Shown here in pieces: positions 1-13,034 of a stretch of DNA of 43,266 nucleotides. Below the pieces are notes generated by a model. That model had not been told where the DNA came from. It worked only from the letters and a program-made list of their open reading frames with translations, and ran no database searches. The position numbers were made by a program, and so were the translations under genes. This DNA is from Dicyema japonicum (lineage: Eukaryota; Animalia; Dicyemida), in contig RDEW01000019.1 in assembly GCA_011109175.1 (NCBI GenBank), forward strand, positions 1,081,845-1,125,110, given 5' to 3'. The first letter of the stretch is position 1. Each line of letters opens with the position of its first letter.

Positions 1-2127
1 TTTCTCTCCGCTTGGAGACGTCCTCGAGCGGATAGCATAGTTACTCAGTCTTCGATTACAAGACAAGCAACTTTTCTGTTGGATTCTATTGTGGACAATC
101 ATTGTTCGACCTCGTCTCAGGTTCTTCTTTAAAGAGCTTAACGTTCAATCTGCAATTAGAAAAAATTGAAACTTTTTCCGTTGATTTAACAGAATCGCGG
201 GATCACTATGTTTGTGGAGGTAATTAGGAGAGAAACCTCACAATTTGCATTGCTCTTGTCGGAGATGAAGTCAGTAACAGACAATCTGGTAGCTTAAAAT
301 GACGTCAAAATTAATTGATTGTCTTCTCGAGGACTCTAACCAGTTCTGTCCGTTGTTGAGTGATTTGGAATTATTCGTTTAGTTATTTAAAATCCGTGGA
401 ATTTCCAAGTTTAAGCATTTGTGAATTCTCAGATGATTAAATCAGTCTAGAATACATTTTTTCGCTTGCATTGTCAGAATATCACCCCAAAAAATTTCAT
501 AGTCTACATGAGGTTTAGAAAGAAATCTACTCATCAGCTAATAGACAAATTGCTTAGAATTTCACTATTTTTAGACACCATCAAAAAATAATGTAAAAAT
601 TCATTACTTTTATATTTTTTATTATTATGAAAATTTATAAAATTAATAATTTATATAAATTAAATAATTACTATTTTTGATGTGGATCGAAAATCGTCAC
701 ATCTCTTCCACTGGAAAACCAAAATTCCCCAGTGGATTACCTTTGTTTACGGAACTTCCAATTTTTAATTTAAACTTCGGAACCAGACCACCTTTTTCAT
801 TTTTTGACTCAAGCGAAGAACTAAAGTACAATAATTTCTACTATAACGCACCTTTTGTTTTTAAACTGGCATAAATTACTCAGCCGTCTCCTGATATAAC
901 CAATTCAAAAAATTGACAATAACTCGACCAAAGGCATCGGAGGACTGATTTGGAACGATGTATTGGATAGGTCCTCCCTCATTGCTGATTATTCGGAGTG
1001 TACCATTTGACAGAAAAATAAGGAAAACCATAACACGATCAAGTTCTGGGCAATTACTCATAAGAGACGTATCGTTCGCCTAGCTTCCTTCACCGATTAA
1101 TTATTACTGATTATTTTCACGGTGGTTACATAATGAATGCATACCTAGTATCGTCTCCCTATTTCGCTAGGTGATAGACAGAAAACGGTAGGGATATCGG
1201 AAGATCAACCTGATTTGAAGGCAGTAAATACAGACTTTATAAAGTGCTTTCCAAATATACCCCAGATCAGAATGGAGTCAAAATTGAGCAAGTTACGAGC
1301 GGAGAATGCTTCAGACACGTGAAATACTCGAAAGGTCAAAAGAGAGTAGGAAGACGAGACTACAATATAGGAAGAAGTCAGAGAGAGTTAATATGAGTCA
1401 CAAGAGGAAGAGCAAAAGTTTTTGTACCGTCTCCATTGTTGAAAGCGGTGTTTATTCAACGGAAAAACAGGAAAATTCTGCACAAATGGAGAAAAAGAAA
1501 GAATTGGAGAAAAGGTTTTAAATCCAACGTCAGAAATCACTAAGGTCCAGGAGGAGTCGACGTCACGGATGATGGCAGAATCAAACCGAGGGAATACCTT
1601 CACTGAATTTGCTATATGTGGTTATGGACATCTGGAGGTAGCCTATGATGATGGAAGATCCGTGAATTGAGAAGGCAACAACATGAAGAAATTGATTCAC
1701 TTTGTCAAAAATTGATGTGTCTTTTGTGTTACAATTTGCGGAGTGAAATCGACTTGTTAATTTTCTGAGAATATTGGTGCGTTGAAATGTTACTCGTTGA
1801 TTCTAGAAAACTCTTCTACAACTCGTATGGAAAGAGAAAGTGACCATGAATAAATTCACCGGACTTTTTTATATTTTAGAGAGAAAACTTGAGATAACAT
1901 TTGGCTGCTAATCAAGTAAAAATCATATAAATGGAATGCGATTATTAAAAAACTTTACTTAATTTAAAATTTTTATTATATGATTCGTCATTATGTTTCG
2001 TATTACTTTGAAGTGCATGAACCGTCTCAAAAGGAATAATTTCATTCTCCAAAAACGTGGGTGAAAGGACTCGAAAACGATATAGGTGGACAAAAGCGTA
2101 TATTGTCGGCTTTTTGTCAATCAAACG

Positions 2128-2403
2128 TCAAAGGATGACATCTCTTCTGCACAAGTTGAATGAGTTATGAAGATCCAATTTGAAAGGGGTACAATCTTTA
2201 GCTCCAGATGGATAGTTGGTGAACTCCCTAGCCACAATGGACGCCCCCACTTCGCATCCACGTCTGACTCCTACGTTTGAGCTGTAGTGGATGCAAGTCG
2301 TCAGAACTATTTGCAATGATTGACGACTAGCAATCTTTCCAGAAAGGGGCGGGAAACATTGCCAACAGTAATAGGACGAATTCCGCCGTCTTTCTCCCCT
2401 CAA
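2128..2403 (-). pseudogene. Possible degenerate second bHLH copy
   Basis: MRGERRRN...KIASRQSLQIVLTTCIHY loosely parallels MERERRN...KMSRVQILTTALEY. Nearby 2690-2736 repeats the 3' end of the bHLH gene (3204-3252). Confidence 0.35.
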
Positions 2404-2689
2404 TTGATCATGTCCCCAACCTAGTTAGATTAGTTTTTGATTAAAATCAGAGATTGTCCCAGAAAGCAAGGTTTTCATAAGATCCATAACTCTTCTGATA
2501 GAAGAATAGTTGGCTGGCCAACAGATGAGTAAAAAGGTCCATAGATTTTATGGCTTAATCCCATCAACTCCCCCACTACTGCTCTTTTGGAATGGTATCA
2601 CGAAGTTTGGAGGAAAGATACGTCGCCCTGAAAAACATCGGACAGAGATGAGAAGTGAGTTCTTTGAGTTCTGAAACGTTTCTAAAGGA

Positions 2690-2736
2690 ATTATTGGGGG
2701 ACGTACGAATAGAAGTGAGTTTGTCATAAGATTTAA
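2690..2736. repeat. ~50-bp imperfect duplicate of 3204-3252
   Basis: attattgggggacgtacgaatagaagtgagtttgtcataagatttaa versus attattgggagacgtacgaagagaagtgagttctttgtcataagatttaa. Confidence 0.9.
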
Positions 2737-3161
2737 CCAGAGAGGCGCACAAATATCGTCGGCTTCTCAGATGCCCTACTAATCACTCAACAAAATCAGC
2801 AGGTGATAACTACCGAAGATGCAAACGGGGGACGAAATTAGTGAAAAAAAAGTAATGAAATTAAGTCACAACTAACTAATCTTCTATCTTAAGAATATTA
2901 TTGAGAATGTCCCTATCAGAGGGTTCATCGTCAATAAACAAGTACTCCCCGTTATTCAACGCTATAGTATCAAAAGGCTCATCAATCCAATTATTATCAC
3001 ATGACTCATCCAATGGCATTTCATCAAGTGGGCATGTGTCTCCTTTCATCTCATTGAAGCCTCTTTTACGGGATTCAATGTCAATTTCTTCCTGATATGA
3101 AAAATCCGGTGACCGAGTCCAAATGATCCATATCAGAGACTTTAATAGTCTCCACACGGAT

Positions 3162-3536
3162 TTAGATATTGCCATCAAATCCGAATAATCTGACGAAGTT
3201 TCTATTATTGGGAGACGTACGAAGAGAAGTGAGTTCTTTGTCATAAGATTTAATCATCTCCATGTAAGCGTCCAATGTATCATTAAAAAAATCGATATAT
3301 GAAAGATATTCCAATGCTGTTGTCAAAATCTGAACTCGGGACATCTGACATAAATAAATGTTAACTTTTTTATTTCGTGAAGGGATGACATCTCCCAGAT
3401 TATTGAAGGATCCTTTTAGCATATTTCTTCGTTCTCTCTCCATCAAATTGTGATATGCTCGTCGGAGCTGAAAATTAGAGGTTATTTCAAGTACATTGTC
3501 GTCTTCAGAAGAAATTGAAGGAAGTGTAGTGTACAT
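3162..3536 (-). CDS. Myc/Max-family bHLH-ZIP transcription factor (one 21-nt intron at 3345-3365)
   Basis: After removing the in-frame GT-AG intron gttaacatttatttatgtcag, the protein reads RRAYHNLMERERRNMLKGSFNNLGDVIPSRNKKMSRVQILTTALEYL. This matches the Max/Myc basic-HLH consensus (HNxLERxRR..K.SF..L.D.VPS...K.SR.QIL..A.EY). Confidence 0.85.
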   Translation of the reverse strand: MYTTLPSISSEDDNVLEITSNFQLRRAYHNLMERERRNMLKGSFNNLGDVIPSRNKKVNIYLCQMSRVQILTTALEYLSYIDFFNDTLDAYMEMIKSYDKELTSLRTSPNNRNFVRLFGFDGNI

Positions 3537-3712
3537 TATGGCTACTTTGTAAGATTTATAAAAAATTAAACTAGGCTAAAACGTAAGGCGCAGAAAAGCG
3601 GGTGAAATTTAAATGTTAATTTAATTTATTTAAATTATTTAATGTTAAATAATAACTATTAAATATTAAAAATATATTTAAATACAAATTTTTAATTTAA
3701 TAACCCGAGAAG

Positions 3713-3824
3713 AAAACACCAGGAATAAGCTTACTAATTAAGTGATCCTTTACAAATTAATTATAAAACACCAGGAAAAGAAGGAAAAGCTTACTAATTA
3801 AGTGATCCTTTACAATTTAATTAT
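3713..3824. repeat. Two-unit tandem repeat (~52-60 bp)
   Basis: aaaacaccagga...aagcttactaattaagtgatcctttacaa(a/t)ttaattat occurs twice in tandem. Confidence 0.9.
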
Positions 3825-5699
3825 ATTTTCAAGTGGCCTCTTAAATAATGTTAATTAGTGTCTAAGAAAGCTAGTTCCTCTCCTCATTCGGATGCCTCTG
3901 CGAGATGACAGAAGGCTCTTTCAATGGAAGATCACAGAAGTTAGATAGCTCGTTTTATTGCAGGAACTGGGATTACCTAAGTGTTTGATTTTTCTGTCTT
4001 TCTCTGTGATCCCGGGGTTCAAAATAAATAAGAAAGCTATGAAAGTAATATTCAATTGATTTTAAGATTTAGGGGAATTATAATCCTAATTGGTTTTTCC
4101 TTTCACGTTTAGTAATGCATGTTTTCCAATTTTATTAGAGGGAGCGCCGAACACTATCGAGCGATAGAAGCTATTCGTCAATGTCAATAAAAGTCTAAAA
4201 TGAAGCCAACAGATGGTCATGCAGCGGCGGCCGTGACTGAGTGGATATTCCCTTTCAGAATGGCGAGCGAGTTCGCTTAAATAACCAACAGCGCTAATGG
4301 GGATATCCCTGATCGTGCAGAAATCCGATTCCTTAGACGACTCAAGAATTCCAGCATCGCTGGCACAAGGGTAATTCCTACTTTGATCCATAAGCATCCA
4401 TCTTCCTATTCATACTCTATAATAAGAAGACTGCAAACTCACCCTCTAAAAGAAAAACTGAAACTCATCATCTTTAGCAACAAATAACAATAATAAACCT
4501 TATAAGTTTCGGTATCTTCTACAACAACCTATTCATCTTAAAACTTTCTAAATTTTTGTGAACCTCGTACTACACAACAGTGTGAATCCAGTTATATCTC
4601 AATATCTTGGAATGGAATAACGAAAAAATAAAAAAATCCAATTTATTTGGTTGAGTGAGCCGTCAGATTGTTTCTCATCACATAAAAACAGAGCCTTTCG
4701 AATGGGTTTTATCCAGTGTTTCGCATATCTGACGAATAGTTCTCCTTTAATAAGGCAGACTCTTTTTTGACACAATTCCTCCAAAGCATTGTTTCCACAA
4801 TGGTAAGCGACGTGTATCTCTTGTGGTTGGTATTAACTTTAAACGACCACAAACTTGTGCTTCTGTTTCGAATTTTCAAGATAGATATTCGTCTATCAGA
4901 CGGAAGTTTTCATCTTTTTTAGCTCTAAACTTCTAACCTGATGATACATGCACGTCTTGTTTTTCAGCATGAATTTTAGCATGTTGTACTCTTCGTTATT
5001 TTGTATGATCACTTTATAAGGCATCTGAAGAACGTTGTTAGCGTGGTACTTTTTTAAATTTATTGTCAAAAAGTTGGTAAGCCAACAAAAATTGGCCTAA
5101 ATTTTTTATAATAATTATTATTATTACTTAAGATTAATCTCCTGTATAAATAATAATATTTTATAAAAAATTCATAAAAATATTCATAAACTTAAGTATT
5201 GATTATTGACAGGAATCTTCTGGTCGAGAAATCTCAAACGAAAAACTATATACTCTAAGGAAATCCGGAAGTCACGGATTTATAGGCATACCAAGAAATA
5301 CACTTCCAAGATGATTACTAAACACCAAGTCGTAAATAAGTGACAGCACACGATCTGGACGATGTACAAATGCGGGTCCGTACAAAATTGCGTGTGCAAG
5401 GATGGCGATGAGGATTGCTGCAAAGCGAAATCCGTTTACATCCGTCAAATCGAGTCTAGTGCTAGCTCGTGACATATCATCCCAAGATAAAAACTGCCCA
5501 CAATAGAATGACACCCTTTATATACTCAAGTACTCTCCCAGGATATTGATTCATGATTAGATATAATTCTTATCTTTCAAGTACTGTTAATTAAGAATAT
5601 CTAACTAACAAATAATCATTACTTTTGTTGTGAAATGGCTTTATACGACACAATGAGTCTGAAGTTTATATCGTCATAACACGTGTTAACTATAGTTGT

Positions 5700-6120
5700 G
5701 GTTATTTTACTGAAATTGTGAGCAACATAATCTCCTCTTCCCAGCGAAAACTAAATTTTGTAAAAACGCTACTCGGATACTACAAGATATGTTTTCCCTC
5801 CCAACAGTAGATCATCTCTACTCCCATATATACTACCGTCAATCGTCTACTCCTGCGCGGCATGAGGGTACTGGTAACCTATCCTATACCAATCTAAAAA
5901 AATAAACTCCATCCAAGAGGCAGTAACGAGGACCCTACAAAAATCTGCCTCGACACTAAAACCGACCCCGTTCGAGGGATTCGTGAGGAGAACGGGAGCT
6001 TAGCCAGAACCTCTAAACCTCCGAAAAGTGGTTCGTCCATACAGGAAGTGTGTCGGCACTTGAGAGGAACAAGTTTGTTAATGCAAGCTTCATGGTCTGT
6101 GATGTGCACATTGAGTAAAT
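5700..6120 (+). mobile_element. 5'-truncated, degenerate copy of the APE-RT LINE family (RT thumb and C-terminus)
   Basis: Broken frames give VSNIISSSQRKLNFVKTLLG, SCAA*G..NLSYTNLKKINSIQE and RPYRKCVGT*EE, collinear with the C-terminus of the 6872-9675 element. Boundaries approximate. Confidence 0.75.
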
Positions 6121-6208
6121 ATAATCAAAATTTAACAAAATAATTCATTAAGTAATACACTCAGTAAAGTAGGAACTTGGGCCCATTTAATTTGTTCCTT
6201 TTTCTACC

Positions 6209-6454
6209 TTATTTCTTTAAAACACCCATAATAGCGATAATTATCACAAAAACAGCGATGATCACACCATTGAAGCCAAAAAAGTCAATATTCTGATAAA
6301 CGGACCTCGGAAGTGATAAAGTACGCATAATGAAAAGTGTAGGTGGAACATGGATTGATATCCCAATACCATTCTCTGCAACCAAACTCACGTTATATTG
6401 GCCTGACATATTTATCGCATCAAGTTTATTTGCAACAGAAGAATTAATTGACAC
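6209..6454 (-). CDS. Unidentified ORF ending in a hydrophobic TM-like segment; probably the last exon of a spliced gene starting near 6760
   Basis: C-terminal GVIIAVFVIIIAIMGVLKK and a GT-AG-like AT-rich stretch just upstream. No family recognised. Confidence 0.3.
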   Translation of the reverse strand: MSINSSVANKLDAINMSGQYNVSLVAENGIGISIHVPPTLFIMRTLSLPRSVYQNIDFFGFNGVIIAVFVIIIAIMGVLKK

Positions 6455-6871
6455 AAATACTGAACTATAACTAATAAACCCAGAAAATTAAACATGAAGA
6501 GACTCAATTGTGTCCAAATATTCGAGGATATTAGCTCCATTTAGATTCAGTATTTTTGACAAAACATCCCATAACAGATAAATCTGCTATTATAACTTGT
6601 GTTACTGGTTTTATCACTCCAGTTACATACAGGGTCACATAAGATCTAGGTTTAGAGCGCGGAAATCTCATTGGAAACTTTACTTTTCAGATAATTCGTG
6701 TTAAATGATTAAGTAGGTTCATCTTTAATTAAATTAAAATGGTAATGTTGCATTTAATGAGCTATATTTTTTTGAGAAAAAAAATAATAAAATAATTATA
6801 TTATTAATTATATCAGCATATTTAGAGTAACTTTCTTTTATATTTTTAAATATTTAAATTTAGCGTGCTTC

Positions 6872-9675
6872 ATGTGGTTCACCGTTTCTGGTGGCGTCGG
6901 ATATAGTCCTAAACTATATCTAAAAAGAACCATTTGCTCTCTACCAACCAGAGGACTTCCCACTGGACGGCATTCTCTCACTGTTGGAACATTCTATCGA
7001 TTGAGACTGTTGACCTCAGGAGACGTGGAACAAAACCCAGGCCCAAAGAAGTTAACAATCCAAAGCTTAAACATAAACGGGATCAGAGGAAAAATTGCCG
7101 AACTTTCCTTATTCTTGGAGAGGAACAGAGTGGACATCTGCCTTCTCCAGGAAACGAAACTTTCAAATAACATTCCTACTCCTCTCTTTAACGGATACAA
7201 CACAGTAAGATCCGACCGCCCATCTGGTCAAGGAGGGGGTCTACTGACTCTTGTGAGAAAAGGAATAAAATACCTCGAGAACCCTTCTCTTTACAAGAGC
7301 TTAATGGAAGACTCGAACACGGAGATAATTGGAATCTCTGTTATAACTTCCATTGGAAAAATTGAAATTGCGAATGTTTATGTTCCTCCTCCTGGCTCCT
7401 GCAAGAAAAATTTCTCCTTTGACCTATCTACCTTGGACAAACTGGAGAACTTGCTTTTATGTGGAGACCTTAATGCGAAGCACCCTTCTTGGTTCCGCTA
7501 CCAATCCGCTGATAACAGAGGAAACCTGCTATTATCCCAAATGCAAAACTTAATAATCATCAACAACCCGATAAAGAACACTAGGACACCATACAACACG
7601 AAGGACATGGTGACATCTCCGGACTTATCCGTCTGCTCACCTCGTCTTTCCACGATCATTAATTGGACGGTCCGTTATGACCTCCGGAGCGACCACCATT
7701 CAATGTTAATGAAGCTGAACTGCGAGCCACGCTTTGTACCGAAGCCTATTCATTTCTATGATTACAAAAATGCAAATTGGACTGGCTTTACAAATTTCGT
7801 TGATTCAAAACTGCAACATTTCCAATCTGAAAATTTCTCCTCCATAGACAAAGCTGTATACTATTTCAACAAAATAATCATTGACGAAAAATATTTTTAT
7901 CAGAAAAGCATATATAAAAAACGAAAAATTGAAATACGACTCAAAAACAAGGAAAATAATTATGGAAAGAAACAACCTTAAGAAAATGATACATCGTTCA
8001 CGAGAGGTTATTAATCGAATCAGGTCACTAAACATTCTTATCACGAAAAGCACAAACAACACCCAAAGGAAGAAACTCATGCGAATCTCTGCTGCCATGA
8101 ATAACAGACCTCAATTTCCAACATGTGGAAGATGTTGAGGCGTCTGAAGAACCCAGAATACGAAGATAACAAAGAACAATGCCAGCTCAATCTGAATAAA
8201 TATATGAAACATTGTATTCGAATCAGTCACATTCCTTATAAAAAGATTAACACACAAACGAAAATAAAGAGAAAGCCATCCAAATTTGCCCCGCTGATTT
8301 ATTTTCTCCCTAAAGATGTATCCAAAGCAATATCAAATCAGAAAAAAACAAACTCATGTGGCCCAGACGGAATTCCTCTTATTCTGCTGAAACACTTGGG
8401 CCCAGCATCAATAAATGCATTAACAAACATCTACAACACATCGCTGAACAGAAATACCATACCGACTTTGTGGAAACTATCAAAAATTCGACCAATATTG
8501 AAGCCGGGAAGACCGAAGAACGATCCCGGCTCTTACAGACCAGTTTCCCTTATATGTGTTTTGTCGAGGATCCTGGAGAAACTGGTCCTAAAAGTTATTC
8601 GCCCTTTTCTCCCACAACCTACATTCCAACATGGCTTCAAGGAAGGATTATCAACAACCTCCTTCCTAACAACATTAATGAAGTTCATAACTGAAGGACA
8701 CAAGAACAAGCCAAAACAGGAAAAATCGGTCATATGTACGATCGATATTCAAAAAGCTTTCGACTCTGTCCCAAGGAAGATCCTCATACGAAAAATATTT
8801 TTGACAAAAATTGATGCACCATTAAAGTTATGGTTAGCAAATTTCGTAAGTGGACGCCGAGGGAAAGTATCCGTCGGAAACAAGAGTTCCAGATCGGGAT
8901 TATTACCCAATGGTGTACCCCAAGGATCTCCTCTGTCACCAATCCTTTTTAATTTGTTTTTGAGTGATCTCCCCGTACCTATGAATAATAATGACATGCT
9001 ACTTTCCTATGCCGATGACATAGTTGTCGCATCTAGAGACGTAAACGTCGAACATGCTAAAGAAAGACTACAAGGAATACTAAATAACATATATGGATGG
9101 TTGTGCGAGAATCGATTAAATGCATGTTCCGAAAAGTCAGCAGTCACTCTATTTACTAAGAATAGAAAGATGGGAACGCAAACAATTGATGTCACGTTAA
9201 ATGGAGTACCTATACCACAAAAGAAAACGCAGAAGATACTGGGAGTAACTTTTGATACTTTCCTCTGCTTCTCAGCCCATGTGGAATCTATCATATCAAC
9301 CTGTGCAAAGAAGATCAATTTTGTAAAGGCCTTCCTTTGGAACTGTGGAGGAATTTATCCGCCAGGTATCGGGACCCTCTACAAGCAGTATGTCGAGCCA
9401 ACAATAGGCTATGCATGTGCTGCATGGGGATCTAACCTGTCGGCAACGAACCTAACAAAAATTCAAGAGATCCAGTCAAGAGCAAAAAATTACTAGAAAA
9501 ATATACAGATAAAGAAATTGCCCCCAGAGCACTCGAGTCTATCATAGAGGCAACTGGAGGCAATTTCAGAAGAGGAAAGGAAAAAGACCCCCGTCCGTAT
9601 AGAAAATGCGTGGGATCACGGTCGGAGCATCGAGAAAAAATGGCCCGATTATTGAGAGATGCCGGGATCACCTGA
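6872..9675 (+). mobile_element. Near full-length APE-RT non-LTR retrotransposon (single ORF broken by about 3 frameshifts) with N-terminal 2A-like motif
   Basis: APE motifs SLNINGI, CLLQETKL, GDLNAKH and SDHH. RT motifs YRPVSL, DIQKAFDSV, GVPQGSPLSPILFN and YADD. Frameshifts near 7880, 8120 and 9490. The last frame ends RKCVGSRSEHREKMARLLRDAGIT* (TGA 9673-9675). Confidence 0.95.
7019..7045 (+). other. 2A-like StopGo (ribosome-skipping) motif GDVEQNPG|P
   Basis: In-frame LLTSGDVEQNPGP is an exact match to D(V/I)ExNPGP, immediately upstream of the APE domain. Confidence 0.85.
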
Positions 9676-9789
9676 ATATTAGTTATTGGTTAAGACGGTG
9701 TTTCTTTGGCTTAAATAATAAAATAAAATAATATTTTTCTATAATTAAAAAATTTATAAAATGAAACATCACTACTTTAAAATAGACAC

Positions 9790-10240
9790 ACATTAATAAA
9801 TGTCACCAAGAAGCGCCAAGAACTCAGAGAAAACGCGATGTCCGTTTTTTACGTTCTGCAACTCCCTCACTGAATTTCTCCAAGTAAATTCATGAAGATA
9901 ACTTGTGAATAATTGATTTGATGTTCCTTTATGGAATTAGAATCAAATTTATACCATATTGTTGACGACTTTTTCTTTTAGCACGCTGCCATAGATTCTC
10001 GATGGACTGCGTGTTGACATTTGGATCGGCGGGATCAACAAAATTTTGGGAGTGATTTTCCCAAGATGGCTACCTAAAAAAATTAACAAAGATGCACTAC
10101 CTTCAAACCATGAGTGATTCTGATGCTCGTCTTTTTTACACATCAAGTCATCTGCAATTGAAAAGATCACAGAGCGAACGAAGAGGTCGTTAAGGAATAA
10201 GATATAGTGCAATATAGGAGTCGACACCACCTCAATCATT
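9790..10240 (-). mobile_element. Merlin/IS1595 (ISXO2-like) transposase relic, C-terminal part
   Basis: One frame gives ENHSQNFVDPADPNVNTQSIENLWQRAKEK and later SYLHEFTWRN, matching NHS.NFVDP....TQ.IE..W...K...YL.EF.WR. Confidence 0.8.
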
Positions 10241-10293
10241 AAATATTATTATTATATTAAAAGCACTTTCACAAAACTATAGAACGTTATATT

Positions 10294-12700
10294 TACTAAG
10301 GTCCCGTTTGTGCCACACGTTTCAAAATCTGCTTCACTAGGCGTCTCCATCGCTCTCTGCTTTGCGCATCTGTCCTTAGATTTTCTAAGTCTTCTGCAGA
10401 TTTCTTCTAATCCCATTAAGATCCCTGTTCAGAGCCACGGGTAGAGTGACTCTGGGTCTTCCTCTGAATGATGGTTTGTTCTCATTGTTAAAGTAATTGT
10501 CCATTATTGTATTTGCAGGGGGTGTTTATGTCCATTCTGAGCACGTGCCCGAACAGTCTCCATTTTGATTCAATAATGTCTATGCTTATTGGCCTCGATT
10601 GTGCCACAGAGTATAATTTCTTATTTGAAATCTTTTTGGGCCAACCTATGCCCATTTAATTGCGTAATTGTTTTCGATGAAATATATCCATTTTCTTGAG
10701 CTCTAGCTCTGTCACCCCCATGTACCCGAGTTGTACATAAGCACCGGTTTTATATATGCGTTGTATAGTCTTATTCTTATATTTGTTTTTATTAGTTTTC
10801 GTCGAATCCATATCTTCTGCATATTCTTATGCATGGCAGTGGCTAGAACTCTTCTATACATCATGTCCTCACTATCACCATGTAAGGATCCCAATTTCCT
10901 TTTTTTCTCCAATTTTAATCAATATGTTTTGATTCCCTTGTGATTCTTGAGTGTTCAGTTTTTTCATGATTAACTCGCAGAAACCAATTCTTAAATTCTC
11001 CAGGGATTTTCTCTAAAGCAAGTCCAAGTTCCAGATCATTTTCTGACACAAAATCTATGTCATCTGCATATAATATCTCTATCGGCATGCATCGTTCACA
11101 TTTTGTTCTACGAGCTCTCAATGCCGCTTCCAGGTATGAGACGAATAGAACCGGAGATAGAGAGTCTCCCTGAGGTATTCCAACTGTTGTCCCAAAAGGC
11201 ATAGATGTTGTGTTCCCAACTCGTACAGTAAATTCAGTTTTCGATAATAGGAAACGGACAAGTATTATGTTATCCTCATCAAGAAAACTCCCAGCAACGT
11301 CCAACAATGTTTTTCTATTGACAGTGTCAAACGCACTGAACATGTCTACTCCCAAATCTTAAAATCAATCCTGAATGGCACATATCCACCTGTTGGACCA
11401 AACAGCATCTGCAGTCTACCGTCCCTTTCTGAACTCACTGTGTCCCGGCGACAAAAATTTATAAACATCAGAAGATATCAGAATAAGGGTTATCTGACAT
11501 AGTATCTTATTCAATGATCCCAGTAATATCACAGGTCTTAAATTTTTGATCGTTCCCTTGCTCTTTCCTGGTTTATGCAGAAGAATCAAAATTCCATCAC
11601 CAAGTTTCAAGGGGAATGCGTCTCAAATACCTTATTGAAAATCTTTGTAATGAGGGTTGTCAGTTCGCCTAGTGCATACTTGATAATTTCTCCATGTATG
11701 TTGTCTGGTCCCGATGCCCTGTTGTTGTTTAATTTAATAATTGCCAGGTTAGTTTCCTCTTTAGATATCGGTAGATACAGGCTTCTTGGTGATTTCTCAA
11801 ATAGGTCCACATCTGAGGTTTCATTTTCATTCAAAACTCCTGAAAAATGTTAGGCAATAATCACAGTTTTTTCTTTATTATCCATTACAAGAGATCTTTT
11901 ACATATAACATAATTAATTTGGTTGTATATCTGGACATTCCATCTTTTAGTCACCATTTCCATCCTTTCTGACTCCAGTCCACGTAGTCTTATGAGTCGC
12001 ATTGTGGTCGATTGCAGAATTACAAATGAAGTAGTCGAACATGTTACAAAATTGAACGAGCGATTCTCCTGACATATTCCTCCTCCCCCTGGCATGTCTA
12101 CCCACACAAGGTTCTCTCCACGGACAGTGTCCCACTTTAGCATTCCAATCACCACACAGAAAGGTCATAAACGAGCCTTTGAAATCAGAGATGGTATTCG
12201 TTAGTGACACTTAAAACAGGTCAAGCTCATCGGGATTTGTAGAAACTTTCGCCATTGTGGGCGCCTAGACATTAATTATAGATATAAAGGAATTATCAGT
12301 CCTCCCACTCTTAATCTGAAGTACTGCTATTCTGTCATTCACCCTCCACACTCTGTGGATTCTCCCATCAAGTCATTTATGTATAGCAAAGCCAAGTCCG
12401 TAGTGGTTGACTAGCACCAAAGTTCGGATAACACTGTTACATTGATTTGGCTCCTCGTATTCTCAACTACAGATTGTACTTTAAAAGTCCGCAACTTTCT
12501 GATGTGACAAATACAACACTCATTGCATGGTATAAGATAAAGACTCCTTACTACCACTTTATACTCCCACACATAGTCGTGGTAGAGAATGAATCTGCAC
12601 AGATTGGCTAAATGATCATCCGACATGCTCCTTGGTTATAATGAGACATTTGGTGCTGTTCGACCCAAAAATATTGCCCTCTTGCAAATACGTGTAAACG
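10294..12700 (-). mobile_element. Degenerate RTE-like non-LTR element (APE + RT) with internal deletion
   Basis: GLGFAIHK, APT, GDWNAKVG...RGRRN.SGE.L..FC, HKTTW; ASGPDNI, NLRPVILL, DMFSAFDTV, GIPQGDSLSPVLF, YADDID, IKPVLMYNSGTW, FGHVLRM. Many stops and frameshifts; 5' boundary approximate. Confidence 0.9.
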
Positions 12701-12904
12701 CCTCTGATCGAGGTGATCGTTAATGGAATGCCAGGCAACTTTAGTGGTTAGGTCATTTCGATTCTTCAAAAAATTTTAACGATAGAAATTTCCTATTCAA
12801 AAATTTTAAAAATTAATAAATTTTGTGTTTTAAAAAATAAAATTAAATTAGTATTACATTTTTAGATCACCTATATTACTCAACAAACTCTTCTACTTCA
12901 AGAC

Positions 12905-13034
12905 CTAACTACGATTGGGAAAAGGTTGCCGTCGGCAGATGATCTTGAGCACCTGAGAGACCTATCGAGGAAACAGAGGGAACTGGAAGCAATTAACAAA
13001 ACGCATCCAAGAGATGGTGGCACAATCGAGATAA
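12905..13034 (+). mobile_element. RTE-like 3'-end stub
   Basis: SADDLEHLRDLSRK..WKQLTKRIQEMVAQSR* parallels SAEDLENLRTDAQSRERWRRLVKQILKRVAQTGP* of the 10294-12700 element. Confidence 0.6.

Noticed and set aside
677-1900. Short ORFs at 677, 876, 1306 and 1388
   Set aside because: No recognisable family; they may be exons or noise.
3840-5090. Possible multi-exon minus-strand gene (ORFs 4086-4397 and 4599-4784)
   Set aside because: No recognisable motifs and no consistent splice model.
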